Below are positions 34,032-42,392 of a stretch of DNA of 43,578 bases, one piece after another. Made by a program: the position numbers and the translations under genes. A model generated the notes under the pieces. That model searched no databases. It was not told where the DNA came from and worked only from the letters and a program-made list of their open reading frames with translations. This DNA is from a virus (taxonomy: Duplodnaviria; Caudoviricetes). The stretch's first letter is position 1. Each line of letters begins with the position of its first letter. The stretch is from positions 1 to 43,578 of IMG/VR virus record IMGVR_UViG_3300048851_000038, one strand, 5' to 3'.

Positions 34032-34231
34032 GCCGCACTCTCCTGCGGCGGCCAGGCGGACGAGCCGGTGAACTTGCGCAACAGGCTCATCGCGCCTTTG
34101 CGGCTCAGGCCGACAGCCTCCGCGGACTCGCGCAGCTCGTGGCCTTCCGCCGCGTGCTGGCGCAACTGTTCCATCCGGCGCCGGGCGCGTGCCAAGTTCA
34201 CAACTCGGGCGATTGCGAGGCCGTGCATCAC
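34028..34231 (-). CDS. Small HTH-like protein
   Basis: GHELRESAEAVGLSRKGAMSLL is HTH-like; coupled overlaps. Confidence 0.5.
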   Translation of the reverse strand: MMHGLAIARVVNLARARRRMEQLRQHAAEGHELRESAEAVGLSRKGAMSLLRKFTGSSAWPPQESAA

Positions 34232-34701
34232 TCAGCACCCGCGGCGCGATGCAGCGCGATCATGTCGAGCCAGTGAGTGGTCAGCATGTGCACGCGGCGG
34301 ATCAGCTCTTCGTGCGGCACCAGCTCCTGCGCCTGTGTCACGCCATCGGCTTCGACCTGCATGATCGCGGGCAGGAGCGTGGCCAGCTGCAGGGCGCCGG
34401 GCTCTGCCTGCGCGGGCACCGAGCCGAGATCGACCCACCGACCGCCAGCGAGCGCGAGCAGCGGGTCGGCGAACCGGCCACGCCATTCACGGCAGCCCGA
34501 AAGGAAGGTCGGCAAGTCGATCGCCGACGCGGTGTTACCGTATGCAGCAGCGCGATCCTCGGACTTGCCGAAGACGCGGCCCATGTCCGTCCACGTCGCG
34601 CCGTCTTCCTCGCGGATCTGTGTGACGATGCGGTTCTGCGCATCAACCGCGCCTGACGCGGTGAAGGTGCGCGGCGTGCCGTGGAGTTGCGGCGCGCTCA
34701 T
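34228..34701 (-). CDS. Putative CII-like regulator
   Basis: TWTDMGRVFGKSEDRAAAY HTH-like segment; downstream of cro. Confidence 0.5.
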   Translation of the reverse strand: MSAPQLHGTPRTFTASGAVDAQNRIVTQIREEDGATWTDMGRVFGKSEDRAAAYGNTASAIDLPTFLSGCREWRGRFADPLLALAGGRWVDLGSVPAQAEPGALQLATLLPAIMQVEADGVTQAQELVPHEELIRRVHMLTTHWLDMIALHRAAGAE

Positions 34702-34871
34702 AGTGTAGCGCTCCGACCATGAGACGTTTCCTGGTCGTCACCAATCGTTGAACCGCGCGGCGTTGGCGCCGCGCCCATTCCATTCCGAGCCACCTCTTCG
34801 CCGCCGGGGATCGACTCCCCGACCGTGCCGGCTACTGTCGTGTTGCGAGCAACGACAGAGAGTAGCGTCGG

Positions 34872-35174
34872 ATGGACAGAGACGACGAAGATCGCGCGAT
34901 CCGAGTTTTCCTCAGGATCATGGTCTTCGACATTGTCGTTGAGCAGTGCATGTCGAAACCCGACCCAATCGCAGCGGCAGTTACGCGCGCCGACATCAAG
35001 CTCAATGTCGCTGAAGGTTGGGTTCACGACAGCCCTGACGATCCGATCAGTCAAGCGCTCCTCCAGCAGACGGAGGAGTTTTGGCGGATGGTTCGCGAAG
35101 AGGTGCAAACTCGCGTTCGAGCGCCGCTCGGCCCAACGCTACCTCTTCGTCCATCGAGAGATGGGGTCGACTGA
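34872..35174 (+). CDS. Hypothetical protein antisense to the early operon
   Basis: 100-aa ORF with protein-like composition; its 3' end overlaps the minus-strand ORF 35047-35466. Confidence 0.4.
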   Translation: MDRDDEDRAIRVFLRIMVFDIVVEQCMSKPDPIAAAVTRADIKLNVAEGWVHDSPDDPISQALLQQTEEFWRMVREEVQTRVRAPLGPTLPLRPSRDGVD

Positions 35175-35466
35175 CCGGCTGGCCGAACACCCACGCAGCG
35201 TAGCGCTCTGCGCGCGCGAACTCGTTGACAGTCGGGTCATCGGACGGAGCCAACTCGAGGTAGCTGCCGCTGACGGCGAGCTTGAGGCACTCGAGCCGGA
35301 TCTGGGCGACTACGTGATTGCTCTGCGGCGCAATCGCTTTCGCGGGAGCAAGGCGCGGCTGCCAGCTTGCGATCTCGTCGCGGATCATCCGATGCCAGTC
35401 GTCGCCTTGCTGGCGAGCGGCGCAGGCTTCGCACCAGCGGCGGCGCTTGAAGAACGCGCGGATCAC
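35047..35466 (-). CDS. Hypothetical protein downstream of cro
   Basis: GTG overlaps the cro stop; contains IRLECLKLA...AERYAAWV. Confidence 0.5.
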   Translation of the reverse strand: MIRAFFKRRRWCEACAARQQGDDWHRMIRDEIASWQPRLAPAKAIAPQSNHVVAQIRLECLKLAVSGSYLELAPSDDPTVNEFARAERYAAWVFGQPVSRPHLSMDEEVALGRAALEREFAPLREPSAKTPPSAGGALD

Positions 35467-35663
35467 GCCGCCACCTCCGCGGAGACGTGCGCGCCGGCGC
35501 CCTCGCGCATGACGATAGCGTCAAGCGCGAGCGTCGTCCGCTCGTCGACGGGCAGCTCTCCGGTCTCGAACCGCGAGATCGTGGACTGGTTCAGGCCGAG
35601 CTTATCGGCGAGCTGGCCCTGTGAAAGTCCGAGCTGTCGTCGGATTGCGCGAACATCGGTCAT
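35463..35663 (-). CDS. Cro-like XRE HTH regulator
   Basis: IRRQLGLSQGQLADKLGLNQSTISRFETG; divergent from the repressor. Confidence 0.88.
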   Translation of the reverse strand: MTDVRAIRRQLGLSQGQLADKLGLNQSTISRFETGELPVDERTTLALDAIVMREGAGAHVSAEVAA

Positions 35664-35675
35664 AATCGACTACGT

Positions 35676-35758
35676 ATGCGCATGCGCATCAATCGGCAAG
35701 AGCGGAATGCGCTCACGCATTGGACGGGTGCGGATCGTGCCGTTTATGCGTGACGCAT
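35676..35758. promoter_or_regulatory. Three operator palindromes ATGCG-N3/4-CGCAT between cro and cI
   Basis: ATGCGCATGCGCAT 35676-35689; ATGCGCTCACGCAT 35707-35720; ATGCGTGACGCAT 35746-35758. Confidence 0.75.
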
Positions 35759-36632
35759 GACTACCGTCCTTGCTGCAAACATAGCCGCCCTGTTGAGCAG
35801 GGCCGGGCGGCAACAGGTCGTCGCCGACGCAGTCGGCATGAGCCAGCCGTCGATCAGCCGGCTTGGGAAAGGCTCCGAGCCGAAGCCGGAGAACCTCATC
35901 GCTATTGCCCGGTATGCTGGCGTGAGCGTCGAAACCTTGGTCGAGGTTCCAATCGATCAGTGGCCTCGTCCTGACCGGGAGGACTTCAAACGCACGCGAC
36001 AAGCATTGGGCTGGTCACACGCGATTGCAGCTCAGGAAACGCACGCGATCATCAAGCGCGAGCGTGGCCGAGCTACGGTTACGGCGGACGCAATCGACGC
36101 GTTTGAGCAGGGTCGCGGTGAGGACGGTCCTCCTTGGCTCCGGTACGCCGTGATGGCTCTCGAAGAGCGAGGGTCGCCTAAGCAACAGGACACCGAACCG
36201 AGAGACGATATCGTGTACATTCGGCAGGTCGATATCCGATATGCGATGGGCGACGGCACGGCTATCGAAGACTACCCATCAACTTCCGTGGTCCCTTTCA
36301 ACAAAGGGTTCATCAGAAGTGTTACGTCGTCACCAATCGAGAAGCTGATGCTCGTTACCGGGCACGGCGATAGCATGCATCCTACTATTCAAGAGCATGA
36401 TCTAGTGCTGATCGATTGCAACGAGACCAACAACGCGCTCGGCGACACCGTCTGGGCCTTCTCCTACGCGGGTGCGGGTTACATCAAGCGGCTGCGGCCA
36501 GTTATGCGTGAGGGACAGCGCATGATCGAGGTGAACTCCGACAACAAGGAGGTGGCACCTTCTTTCACGGCTGATCCCCGAGACATACACATGGTTGGAA
36601 AGGTCGCTCTTCTCCTTCGGAGGCGACCATAG
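35757..36632 (+). CDS. CI-like repressor: XRE HTH + second HTH-like segment + S24 peptidase
   Basis: QQVVADAVGMSQPSISRL HTH; GHGDSMHPT (catalytic Ser) and YIKRL (catalytic Lys). Confidence 0.9.
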   Translation: MTTVLAANIAALLSRAGRQQVVADAVGMSQPSISRLGKGSEPKPENLIAIARYAGVSVETLVEVPIDQWPRPDREDFKRTRQALGWSHAIAAQETHAIIKRERGRATVTADAIDAFEQGRGEDGPPWLRYAVMALEERGSPKQQDTEPRDDIVYIRQVDIRYAMGDGTAIEDYPSTSVVPFNKGFIRSVTSSPIEKLMLVTGHGDSMHPTIQEHDLVLIDCNETNNALGDTVWAFSYAGAGYIKRLRPVMREGQRMIEVNSDNKEVAPSFTADPRDIHMVGKVALLLRRRP

Positions 36633-37057
36633 AACGTCGTCCCAGCAGAGAGCTGAGCGTCGCTGTTGTTGGCGCCGCCTATCCGAACAAGGATGGTGGC
36701 AACAGGCGGACGGAGATCGCGTTCTGCGATCCCGGCGAGGCGCTCGAGCTGCGTCCTGAGCCAAAGAACGAGTTTGATGAGCACGCTATCGCCGTGTTCA
36801 GCGCGAGGCAGTTCCAGATCGGTTATGTCGCCTCGGAGCGGGCAGTTCTGCTCGGTAAACTCATGCGTGAGGGCCGCGAGCTTTTCGCCGTTTTCCAAGA
36901 AACGTCGACTTGGGGCGCGGTCGCGAGGATTGGTGTTGACGGAGTGCCAGTCGTGCTGCCCCAGGCTTTGGCGAACCGCCGGGGCGACGAGTACGATGAA
37001 TATTGCCAGCTACCTGACCAGGACTTCTACCCCGACGAGATCCCACCGGACGAATAA
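36629..37057 (+). CDS. HIRAN-domain protein (non-canonical start)
   Basis: Extending the 36794 ORF upstream in frame gives LSVAVVGAAYPN...LELRPEPKNEFDEHAIAVFS...QIGYV, a HIRAN signature. Proposed ATA start after GGAGG. Confidence 0.75.
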   Translation: MERRPSRELSVAVVGAAYPNKDGGNRRTEIAFCDPGEALELRPEPKNEFDEHAIAVFSARQFQIGYVASERAVLLGKLMREGRELFAVFQETSTWGAVARIGVDGVPVVLPQALANRRGDEYDEYCQLPDQDFYPDEIPPDE

Positions 37058-37107
37058 TGCACAAGCGCATAAACAGCATTGACGTTATGCGTATGCGCAT
37101 CTAGCTT
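37057..37107 (+). promoter_or_regulatory. Repressor-controlled early promoter (pL-like) with two operators
   Basis: TTGACG (37079-37084), 17-nt spacer, TAGCTT (37102-37107); operators ATGCACAAGCGCAT 37057-37070 and ATGCGTATGCGCAT 37087-37100. Confidence 0.75.
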
Positions 37108-37168
37108 GTTCTCCATCACCTGACCTGCCGCGCAGTTGCGGCACGTGAGACGGTGATGGGAGATCATC

Positions 37169-37513
37169 ATGCAATCCGTCGATGCGAGCAGGTGGAGCGA
37201 GGGCCAAGCGGCTGTCTCCCTGCTCGCGAGCCTCGTGCGCACGCCGCCAGAGAAGCAACTCACCTGCACCTGGTTCGGCAATCGCCGAGAGGATTATTCC
37301 CGGTACGTCGGCCACCGCGTTATCGCGCTGGAAGAGGTCCGAGTTGATGCCGTGAACGCTGCCGCCGGCTTCGTGCCCGACTGCTGCTCGTCCGCTGAGG
37401 ACATGACGCGGTGGCTGGAGATCAGCGAAGCTGTGCCTTCCACCGAGATGGTGATCGATGCTGTCATGGCGGTCGCCGGCATCACCGTTGTCGAGCGGGA
37501 TCTGCGTCGATGA
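37169..37513 (+). CDS. Hypothetical early protein
   Basis: GGGAG RBS; first ORF after the pL-like promoter. Confidence 0.6.
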   Translation: MQSVDASRWSEGQAAVSLLASLVRTPPEKQLTCTWFGNRREDYSRYVGHRVIALEEVRVDAVNAAAGFVPDCCSSAEDMTRWLEISEAVPSTEMVIDAVMAVAGITVVERDLRR

Positions 37514-37647
37514 CGCCGCATGAGATCGCAGCCATGTCGACCGCCGTTACGCTCGTCTTTGGCGGTGGGTTGGGCATCGCGCTGGCCACTATCACCATCG
37601 GCGCTGCCGCTGCTGCCGAATACCTGATCGATCGGTTTCGCCCGTGA
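37510..37647 (+). CDS. Small membrane peptide
   Basis: MTPHEIAAMSTAVTLVFGGGLGIALATITIG...; ATGA/GTGA couplings. Confidence 0.5.
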   Translation: MTPHEIAAMSTAVTLVFGGGLGIALATITIGAAAAAEYLIDRFRP

Positions 37648-38030
37648 GCCGCGCGGGCCTCGTTTATTCGGACCGCCACGCACCGGTGCGCATGGAGGGC
37701 TTCGACCCTGACACGCCGATCGCGGGTCTTTATCGCGCCCGCCTCGTGCAAGGCGGGGTCTATGTCGGCGTCCGCATCTGGTTCGGCCCGCCGCATGATC
37801 CGGTGACCGGCGAGCAGCTGGACCGGTCCTGGCGCTGGCAGGCGACCGCGAACGGCGAGCTGATCCCGCTAGACCGAGTGTGGCCGCGCTATGCCGACAA
37901 GCGGATCGACCAAGCCGAATACGATTACCTCGTGGCGATGCAGCGCTGGGGCGAGGCGCACGCGCCCGACAGCCCGCAGGCGAACCCGCGGCGAAAGATC
38001 AACCTCCTGACAGCTCCATTGCCCTTCTGA
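37644..38030 (+). CDS. Hypothetical phage protein
   Basis: Trp/Pro-rich 128-aa ORF coupled to the upstream gene. Confidence 0.65.
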   Translation: MSRAGLVYSDRHAPVRMEGFDPDTPIAGLYRARLVQGGVYVGVRIWFGPPHDPVTGEQLDRSWRWQATANGELIPLDRVWPRYADKRIDQAEYDYLVAMQRWGEAHAPDSPQANPRRKINLLTAPLPF

Positions 38031-38041
38031 GGAGATATATT

Positions 38042-38971
38042 GTGGCGACCAAATTCCAGGACATGAGCGAAGCAGATCGCGCTCGGTTGAGCATGGGAGC
38101 GAACAAGCCGCCGCTGGAAGAAACGATCCTGATGGATTTTGATTCGGCGCTGCTCGACCATGACGGGCTGATCGCGCGGATTGACGCGATGGCGGCCAAG
38201 GCGGCGGGCGCCGGCCCATGCACCAATGCGGATGAGGCCGGGCGCTACGGCGATTTCATCAAGATGACCGCCGCCGCCGTGAAGACCATCGAGGCCGAGC
38301 GAGAGGTGCTAAATCGCCCGCTTCTTAATGCCCAGCGCATGCTCAAGGCTCGCGCCGACGGGTATAGCCAGAAGGCCACCCGCGCCGGGGCGATCGTCCG
38401 AGCGAAGCTGGACGCGTACCTTGCTGAAGTGGAGAGGCTCCGCCGTGCTGAGCAGGCTCGGCTCGCGGAAATCGCACGGGCTGCCGAGGCGGAGCGCCAT
38501 CGCATCATTGATGAGGAGCGCCGCCGTGTCGCTGCCGCGGCAGAATCCGAGCGCCAGCGACTACAGGCGATCGCCGACGAGGAGGCGCGGGTCGAGCGCG
38601 AGCGCCTTCAGGCGATCGAGAACGAGCGTGCGGCGCGGGAGCAGCGCGAGGCTGCCGCCGTGGTCGTTGAGGCCGCGGTCGTCGAGGTCGAGCCCGAACC
38701 GGTCTTTGTGCCCGAACCCGAACCGGAGTTCGTCTCCGCGCCGGTTAGCCGCCCGACGATGCGTGGCGACTACGGAACCACTGTCTCGACGACGACGACC
38801 TGGCACGTGGAGGTTCAGAATATCCGACAGGTGCCCGACCAGTTTCTCAAGTCACCGGCGGTGATCGAGGCCGTTCAGAAGGTTATTGGGCCTCTCGTGC
38901 GCGCCAAGAACGGGCTTCGCGAGGTCAAGGGCTGCAGGATCTATCCGACGACCGGATCGGCGATCCGTTGA
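38042..38971 (+). CDS. Coiled-coil recombination-module protein (Gam/Gp157-like)
   Basis: GTG at 38042 after GAGGAG; long coiled coil and C-terminal W.VEV.NI..VP..FL...VKGCRIY; upstream of RecT. Confidence 0.6.
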   Translation: MATKFQDMSEADRARLSMGANKPPLEETILMDFDSALLDHDGLIARIDAMAAKAAGAGPCTNADEAGRYGDFIKMTAAAVKTIEAEREVLNRPLLNAQRMLKARADGYSQKATRAGAIVRAKLDAYLAEVERLRRAEQARLAEIARAAEAERHRIIDEERRRVAAAAESERQRLQAIADEEARVERERLQAIENERAAREQREAAAVVVEAAVVEVEPEPVFVPEPEPEFVSAPVSRPTMRGDYGTTVSTTTTWHVEVQNIRQVPDQFLKSPAVIEAVQKVIGPLVRAKNGLREVKGCRIYPTTGSAIR

Positions 38972-39114
38972 TGCCGTTGAAACCCGCCCCAATCGCCCCC
39001 GGATCACCGAAGACGCTTTGTCCGCGCTGCGGGAAGAAAGTGGTCCGCCACGGGCTCATCGACCACGTCCGCGCCGCGCATGCCGATGCCGGCACCTCAA
39101 CCGATCAGAACTGA
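38971..39114 (+). CDS. 47-aa C2H2 zinc-finger microprotein
   Basis: MPLKPAPIAPGSPKTLCPRCGKKVVRHGLIDHVRAAHADAGTSTDQN; TGATG coupling to the upstream gene; not in the ORF track. Confidence 0.6.
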   Translation: MPLKPAPIAPGSPKTLCPRCGKKVVRHGLIDHVRAAHADAGTSTDQN

Positions 39115-39124
39115 AAGGAAGCCG

Positions 39125-40114
39125 ATGCCTGCTCCAAATAACACTGCCGAGGCTCCAGTGCCGGACGTGATCGCTCGACAGATGGCGCTCGACCGCGAGC
39201 AGCGTCGCGAGGAGCGTCAGTCGCTGGTCGCGATCGCTGCCGCGGACGTGACCACAAGCGCACTTCGCACCACGTTCCTGCCCCAGAGCATGGGCGAAGC
39301 GATGCAGTTCGCCGCCATGATGGCCAACAGCAACTTCGTTCCCGCTCATCTGCGCGGGAAAGACGGCGACTGCATGGCGGTCCTGATGATCGCCAGCCGG
39401 TGGGGAATGGATCCGTTCGCCGTCGCCAATAAGACCTACTTCACGAAGGAAGGGGCGCCGCCGGCATTTGAAGCGCAACTCGTCAACGCGGTCGTGAACG
39501 GGAGCAATGCGCTCTCGGGCCGCCTGCGGGTTTGGTGGGAAGGGGAGGGCGAGAAGCTGCGCTGCACCGTGTCCGGCTATTTGCGTGCCGATCCCAACGA
39601 AGAGAAGATCCGGACGCAGGCAATCTCCCGCATCACCACTCGCAACTCGCCGTTGTGGAAATCGGACCCCGAACAGCAGCTCGCCTATTACACGACGCGC
39701 GCATGGGCGAAGCTGTACGCGCCGGAGGTCCTGTTGGGTGTGTTCACCCCGGACGATATCGACGTCGATCCGGAACGCGCTCGCAACGTCACGCCGCCAA
39801 TGCCGCGGCGCGGAGCTATGCCGGAGCTGTCAACATACGACGCCGGTACTGGCGAGGTTTATGGCGAGGGTCGGGCTGTCGAGCAGCGCGGCGAGCAGCA
39901 CCTCGACGGACATGGCCGCGAGGTCGATCCGCAGGAAGCCAAGGCCAACGAGATCATCGAGCGCGCCGGCAAGGTCGAGCTGATGGGCGACCTGATGAGC
40001 TTGGTCGGCGAGGCCGAACAGCACATCGCGGCGATGAGCGATCCCGACATGGTTGCCGCTTGCCGCAAGGCGCTCAGCGCTGCCGAGGCTCGGCTGAAGA
40101 AGGGGGGCAAGTGA
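39125..40114 (+). CDS. recT: RecT-family single-strand annealing protein
   Basis: VPAHLRGKDGDCMAV...RWGMDPFAVANKTY...EAQLVNAV...RNSPLWKSDPEQQLAY...APEVLLGV. Confidence 0.88.
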   Translation: MPAPNNTAEAPVPDVIARQMALDREQRREERQSLVAIAAADVTTSALRTTFLPQSMGEAMQFAAMMANSNFVPAHLRGKDGDCMAVLMIASRWGMDPFAVANKTYFTKEGAPPAFEAQLVNAVVNGSNALSGRLRVWWEGEGEKLRCTVSGYLRADPNEEKIRTQAISRITTRNSPLWKSDPEQQLAYYTTRAWAKLYAPEVLLGVFTPDDIDVDPERARNVTPPMPRRGAMPELSTYDAGTGEVYGEGRAVEQRGEQHLDGHGREVDPQEAKANEIIERAGKVELMGDLMSLVGEAEQHIAAMSDPDMVAACRKALSAAEARLKKGGK

Positions 40115-40260
40115 TGTTGGAGCTGTTCCAGTACATCTTCTCTGGCTTCTGGATCTGGGCAGGTACCGCCGTGCTGCTCTGCCTCGTGCTGGGGATCCTG
40201 CTTGAGGGCGTGCGCGTCCTCACCCTCGCCATTGCTGCTTTCCGGGCCTCACGCTGGTGA
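40114..40260 (+). CDS. Small membrane protein
   Basis: MLELFQYIFSGFWIWAGTAVLLCLVLGILL...; TGATG coupling. Confidence 0.55.
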   Translation: MLELFQYIFSGFWIWAGTAVLLCLVLGILLEGVRVLTLAIAAFRASRW

Positions 40261-40403
40261 GCGCGCGTCCGGCCCCTGGCAGCCCCGAGGCTCGCGCTCA
40301 CTGGCGCGGCGTCCACCTCACCGCCGATCGCGCGGCCGGCGTCTCGGACCGGACCGCACGCCCTTCCTTCCTCGCACGGCTGCGGGAGATGTTTCGTGGC
40401 TGA
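40257..40403 (+). CDS. Small hypothetical protein (48 aa)
   Basis: GTG overlaps the previous stop; fills the gap up to the helicase gene. Confidence 0.4.
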   Translation: MSARPAPGSPEARAHWRGVHLTADRAAGVSDRTARPSFLARLREMFRG

Positions 40404-41526
40404 CGACAGCATGCGCTGGTCGCCGCAGCAGGATGCCGCCATTCGCGACGTGAAGACGTGGCTGGCCGACAAGCACGGCAAGCAGGTCTTTCGTCTGTTC
40501 GGCTATGCCGGCACGGGCAAGACGACGCTCGCCCGTGAACTGGCGGCAACGGTGAAGGGCACGGTGCTCTACGCCACCTTCACCGGCAAGGCGGCGCTCG
40601 TCCTGCGCAAGAAGGGTTGCGACGACGCCTCCACCATCCACTCGCTGATCTATCAGGTCGACACGAACTCGCGGACCGGCGAGGCGAAGTTCAAGCTGAA
40701 CAAGGAAAGTGCGCTCGCCGGCGCCGCGCTGCTCGTCATCGACGAGGTCTCGATGGTGGGCGAAGAGCTGGCCAACGACCTGTTGAGCTTCGGCACACGC
40801 GTCCTGGTGCTCGGCGATCCCGCCCAGCTGCCGCCGGTGAAGGACGAAGGGTTCTTCATCAACGCGGCCGCGGACGTGATGCTGACCGAGGTGCACCGCC
40901 AGGCCGCAGACAATCCGATCATCCGCATGAGCATGGACATTCGCGAAGGCCGTCGCCTCGTGCCCGGCGCCTATGGCGAGAGCCTGGTGCTGCGGAACGG
41001 CAGCGTCGATCGCGATGAGATGTCCGCGCACGTGCTGCGCGCCGACCAGCTGATCTGCGGGCTGAACCGCTCGCGCACCACCTTCAACCGCCGCATCCGC
41101 GCGCTCAAGGATCTCGCCGGCGCCGACCAGCCATGGCACCCCGCCATGGGCGATCGCCTGATCTGCTTGCGCAACAACCGCACCAAGCACCTGTTCAACG
41201 GCGGGCTCTGGAATGCGTCCACGGTGAAGAACCTCGGCGGGGCGCTGTCGATCGAGGTGCTGTCGCAGGACGAGGAGCGCGACCCGCTCACCGTTGAAGT
41301 GTTCGAACAGTTCTTCTGCGGCACTGAGCAGGAGCTGGACTGGCGCGAGCGGCGCAAGCGGGAGGAATTCACCTTCGGCTGGGCCATCACCTGCCACAAG
41401 TCGCAAGGCAGCCAGTGGGATGGCGTGATCGTCTTCGACGAGAGCGGCGCGTTTCGCGATGCCCGCGCCAACTGGCTCTACACGGCTGTGACGCGCGCCG
41501 CCGAGCGCGTGACGGTCGTCGTGTGA
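40396..41526 (+). CDS. SF1B helicase, RecD/Dda-like
   Basis: GYAGTGKTT, STIHSLIY, IDEVSMV, GDPAQLPPV, LTEVHRQA, AITCHKSQGSQW, LYTAVTRA. Confidence 0.92.
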   Translation: MADDSMRWSPQQDAAIRDVKTWLADKHGKQVFRLFGYAGTGKTTLARELAATVKGTVLYATFTGKAALVLRKKGCDDASTIHSLIYQVDTNSRTGEAKFKLNKESALAGAALLVIDEVSMVGEELANDLLSFGTRVLVLGDPAQLPPVKDEGFFINAAADVMLTEVHRQAADNPIIRMSMDIREGRRLVPGAYGESLVLRNGSVDRDEMSAHVLRADQLICGLNRSRTTFNRRIRALKDLAGADQPWHPAMGDRLICLRNNRTKHLFNGGLWNASTVKNLGGALSIEVLSQDEERDPLTVEVFEQFFCGTEQELDWRERRKREEFTFGWAITCHKSQGSQWDGVIVFDESGAFRDARANWLYTAVTRAAERVTVVV

Positions 41527-41567
41527 CCGACTGTCCTCCCAACCACCACCATCACCAACGAGGGAAA

Positions 41568-42041
41568 ATGACCATGAACGATATGTCTGCAATCACCGGC
41601 GAACTGATCAAGGCCGACATGGCCATCGCCGACACCGTTGCGATCGTCACCGCCTTCGTCGGCAACCCGAACTTTCGCGGCGACGCCGGCGACATCGCCA
41701 AGGTGATCAACGAGACGCACACCGCTCTTGCAGCGCTGAGTAGCGACGAGCCGGTCACCGGCGCGGCGCCCGCGGCCGAGCAGCCGTGGGAGCCGGCGGT
41801 AAGTGTCCGCAAGTCGGTCGCCTCGCCCGATCACATCATCAGCCTGATCGACGGCAAGCCGTACAAGACGCTGCGCCGGCACCTTGCCGGGCATGGCCTG
41901 ACGCCGGAAGCATATCGCGAGCGGTTCGGCCTCAAGGCGGATTACCCGATGGTGGCGGAGAGCTATTCGAACGCGCGCCGGGACATGGCGAAGAAGATCG
42001 GGTTGGGGCGCAAGCCTGGCGCGGTCGCGGCGCAGGGGTGA
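41568..42041 (+). CDS. mucR: MucR/Ros family nucleoid-associated regulator (prophage copy)
   Basis: PAVSVRKSV..DHIISLIDGKPYKTLRRHL..HGLTPEAYRERFGLKADYPMVAESYS..R..MAKKIGLG. Confidence 0.92.
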   Translation: MTMNDMSAITGELIKADMAIADTVAIVTAFVGNPNFRGDAGDIAKVINETHTALAALSSDEPVTGAAPAAEQPWEPAVSVRKSVASPDHIISLIDGKPYKTLRRHLAGHGLTPEAYRERFGLKADYPMVAESYSNARRDMAKKIGLGRKPGAVAAQG

Positions 42042-42047
42042 TGTGAG

Positions 42048-42392
42048 ATGGGCGCCGCTGCCTCACTACCCGATCTGGACCGGCGCCTCTCTCGCAAGAT
42101 CGAGACGGGGCGCTCCATCCAGCTCAGTCCGGCCGATCTCGACTTGCTCGTCTCGACCGGTGCCATCGACACTTTCCGGACAGCCGTCGCTGACCACCAG
42201 AGGAACCAATGCCGCGAACGAAGCGCCCGAAGCCGCTCTATCAGCGGGGAGACTTCAAGCTCATCGCCCGCGAGGGCCGCTCCAACCTCGAGATCGTCTG
42301 GTACGACGCCGAGGCCGGACGCGAGCGAAGCGCTTCAGCAAGTACATCAGATCTTGGGGAAGCGAAGCTCGCCCTCGATCGCAAGTACCTGA
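42048..42392 (+). CDS. Hypothetical protein at the excisionase position
   Basis: Protein-like N-terminal half; the C-terminal half overlaps the integrase and is Ser/Arg-rich. Confidence 0.4.
   Translation: MGAAASLPDLDRRLSRKIETGRSIQLSPADLDLLVSTGAIDTFRTAVADHQRNQCRERSARSRSISGETSSSSPARAAPTSRSSGTTPRPDASEALQQVHQILGKRSSPSIAST

Noticed and set aside
34698-35108. 136-aa - strand ORF
   Set aside because: Overlaps a more protein-like + strand ORF and a hairpin region and has no recognisable motif; at most a short C-terminal peptide is real.
40318-41592. 424-aa - strand ORF
   Set aside because: Antisense to the RecD-like helicase.
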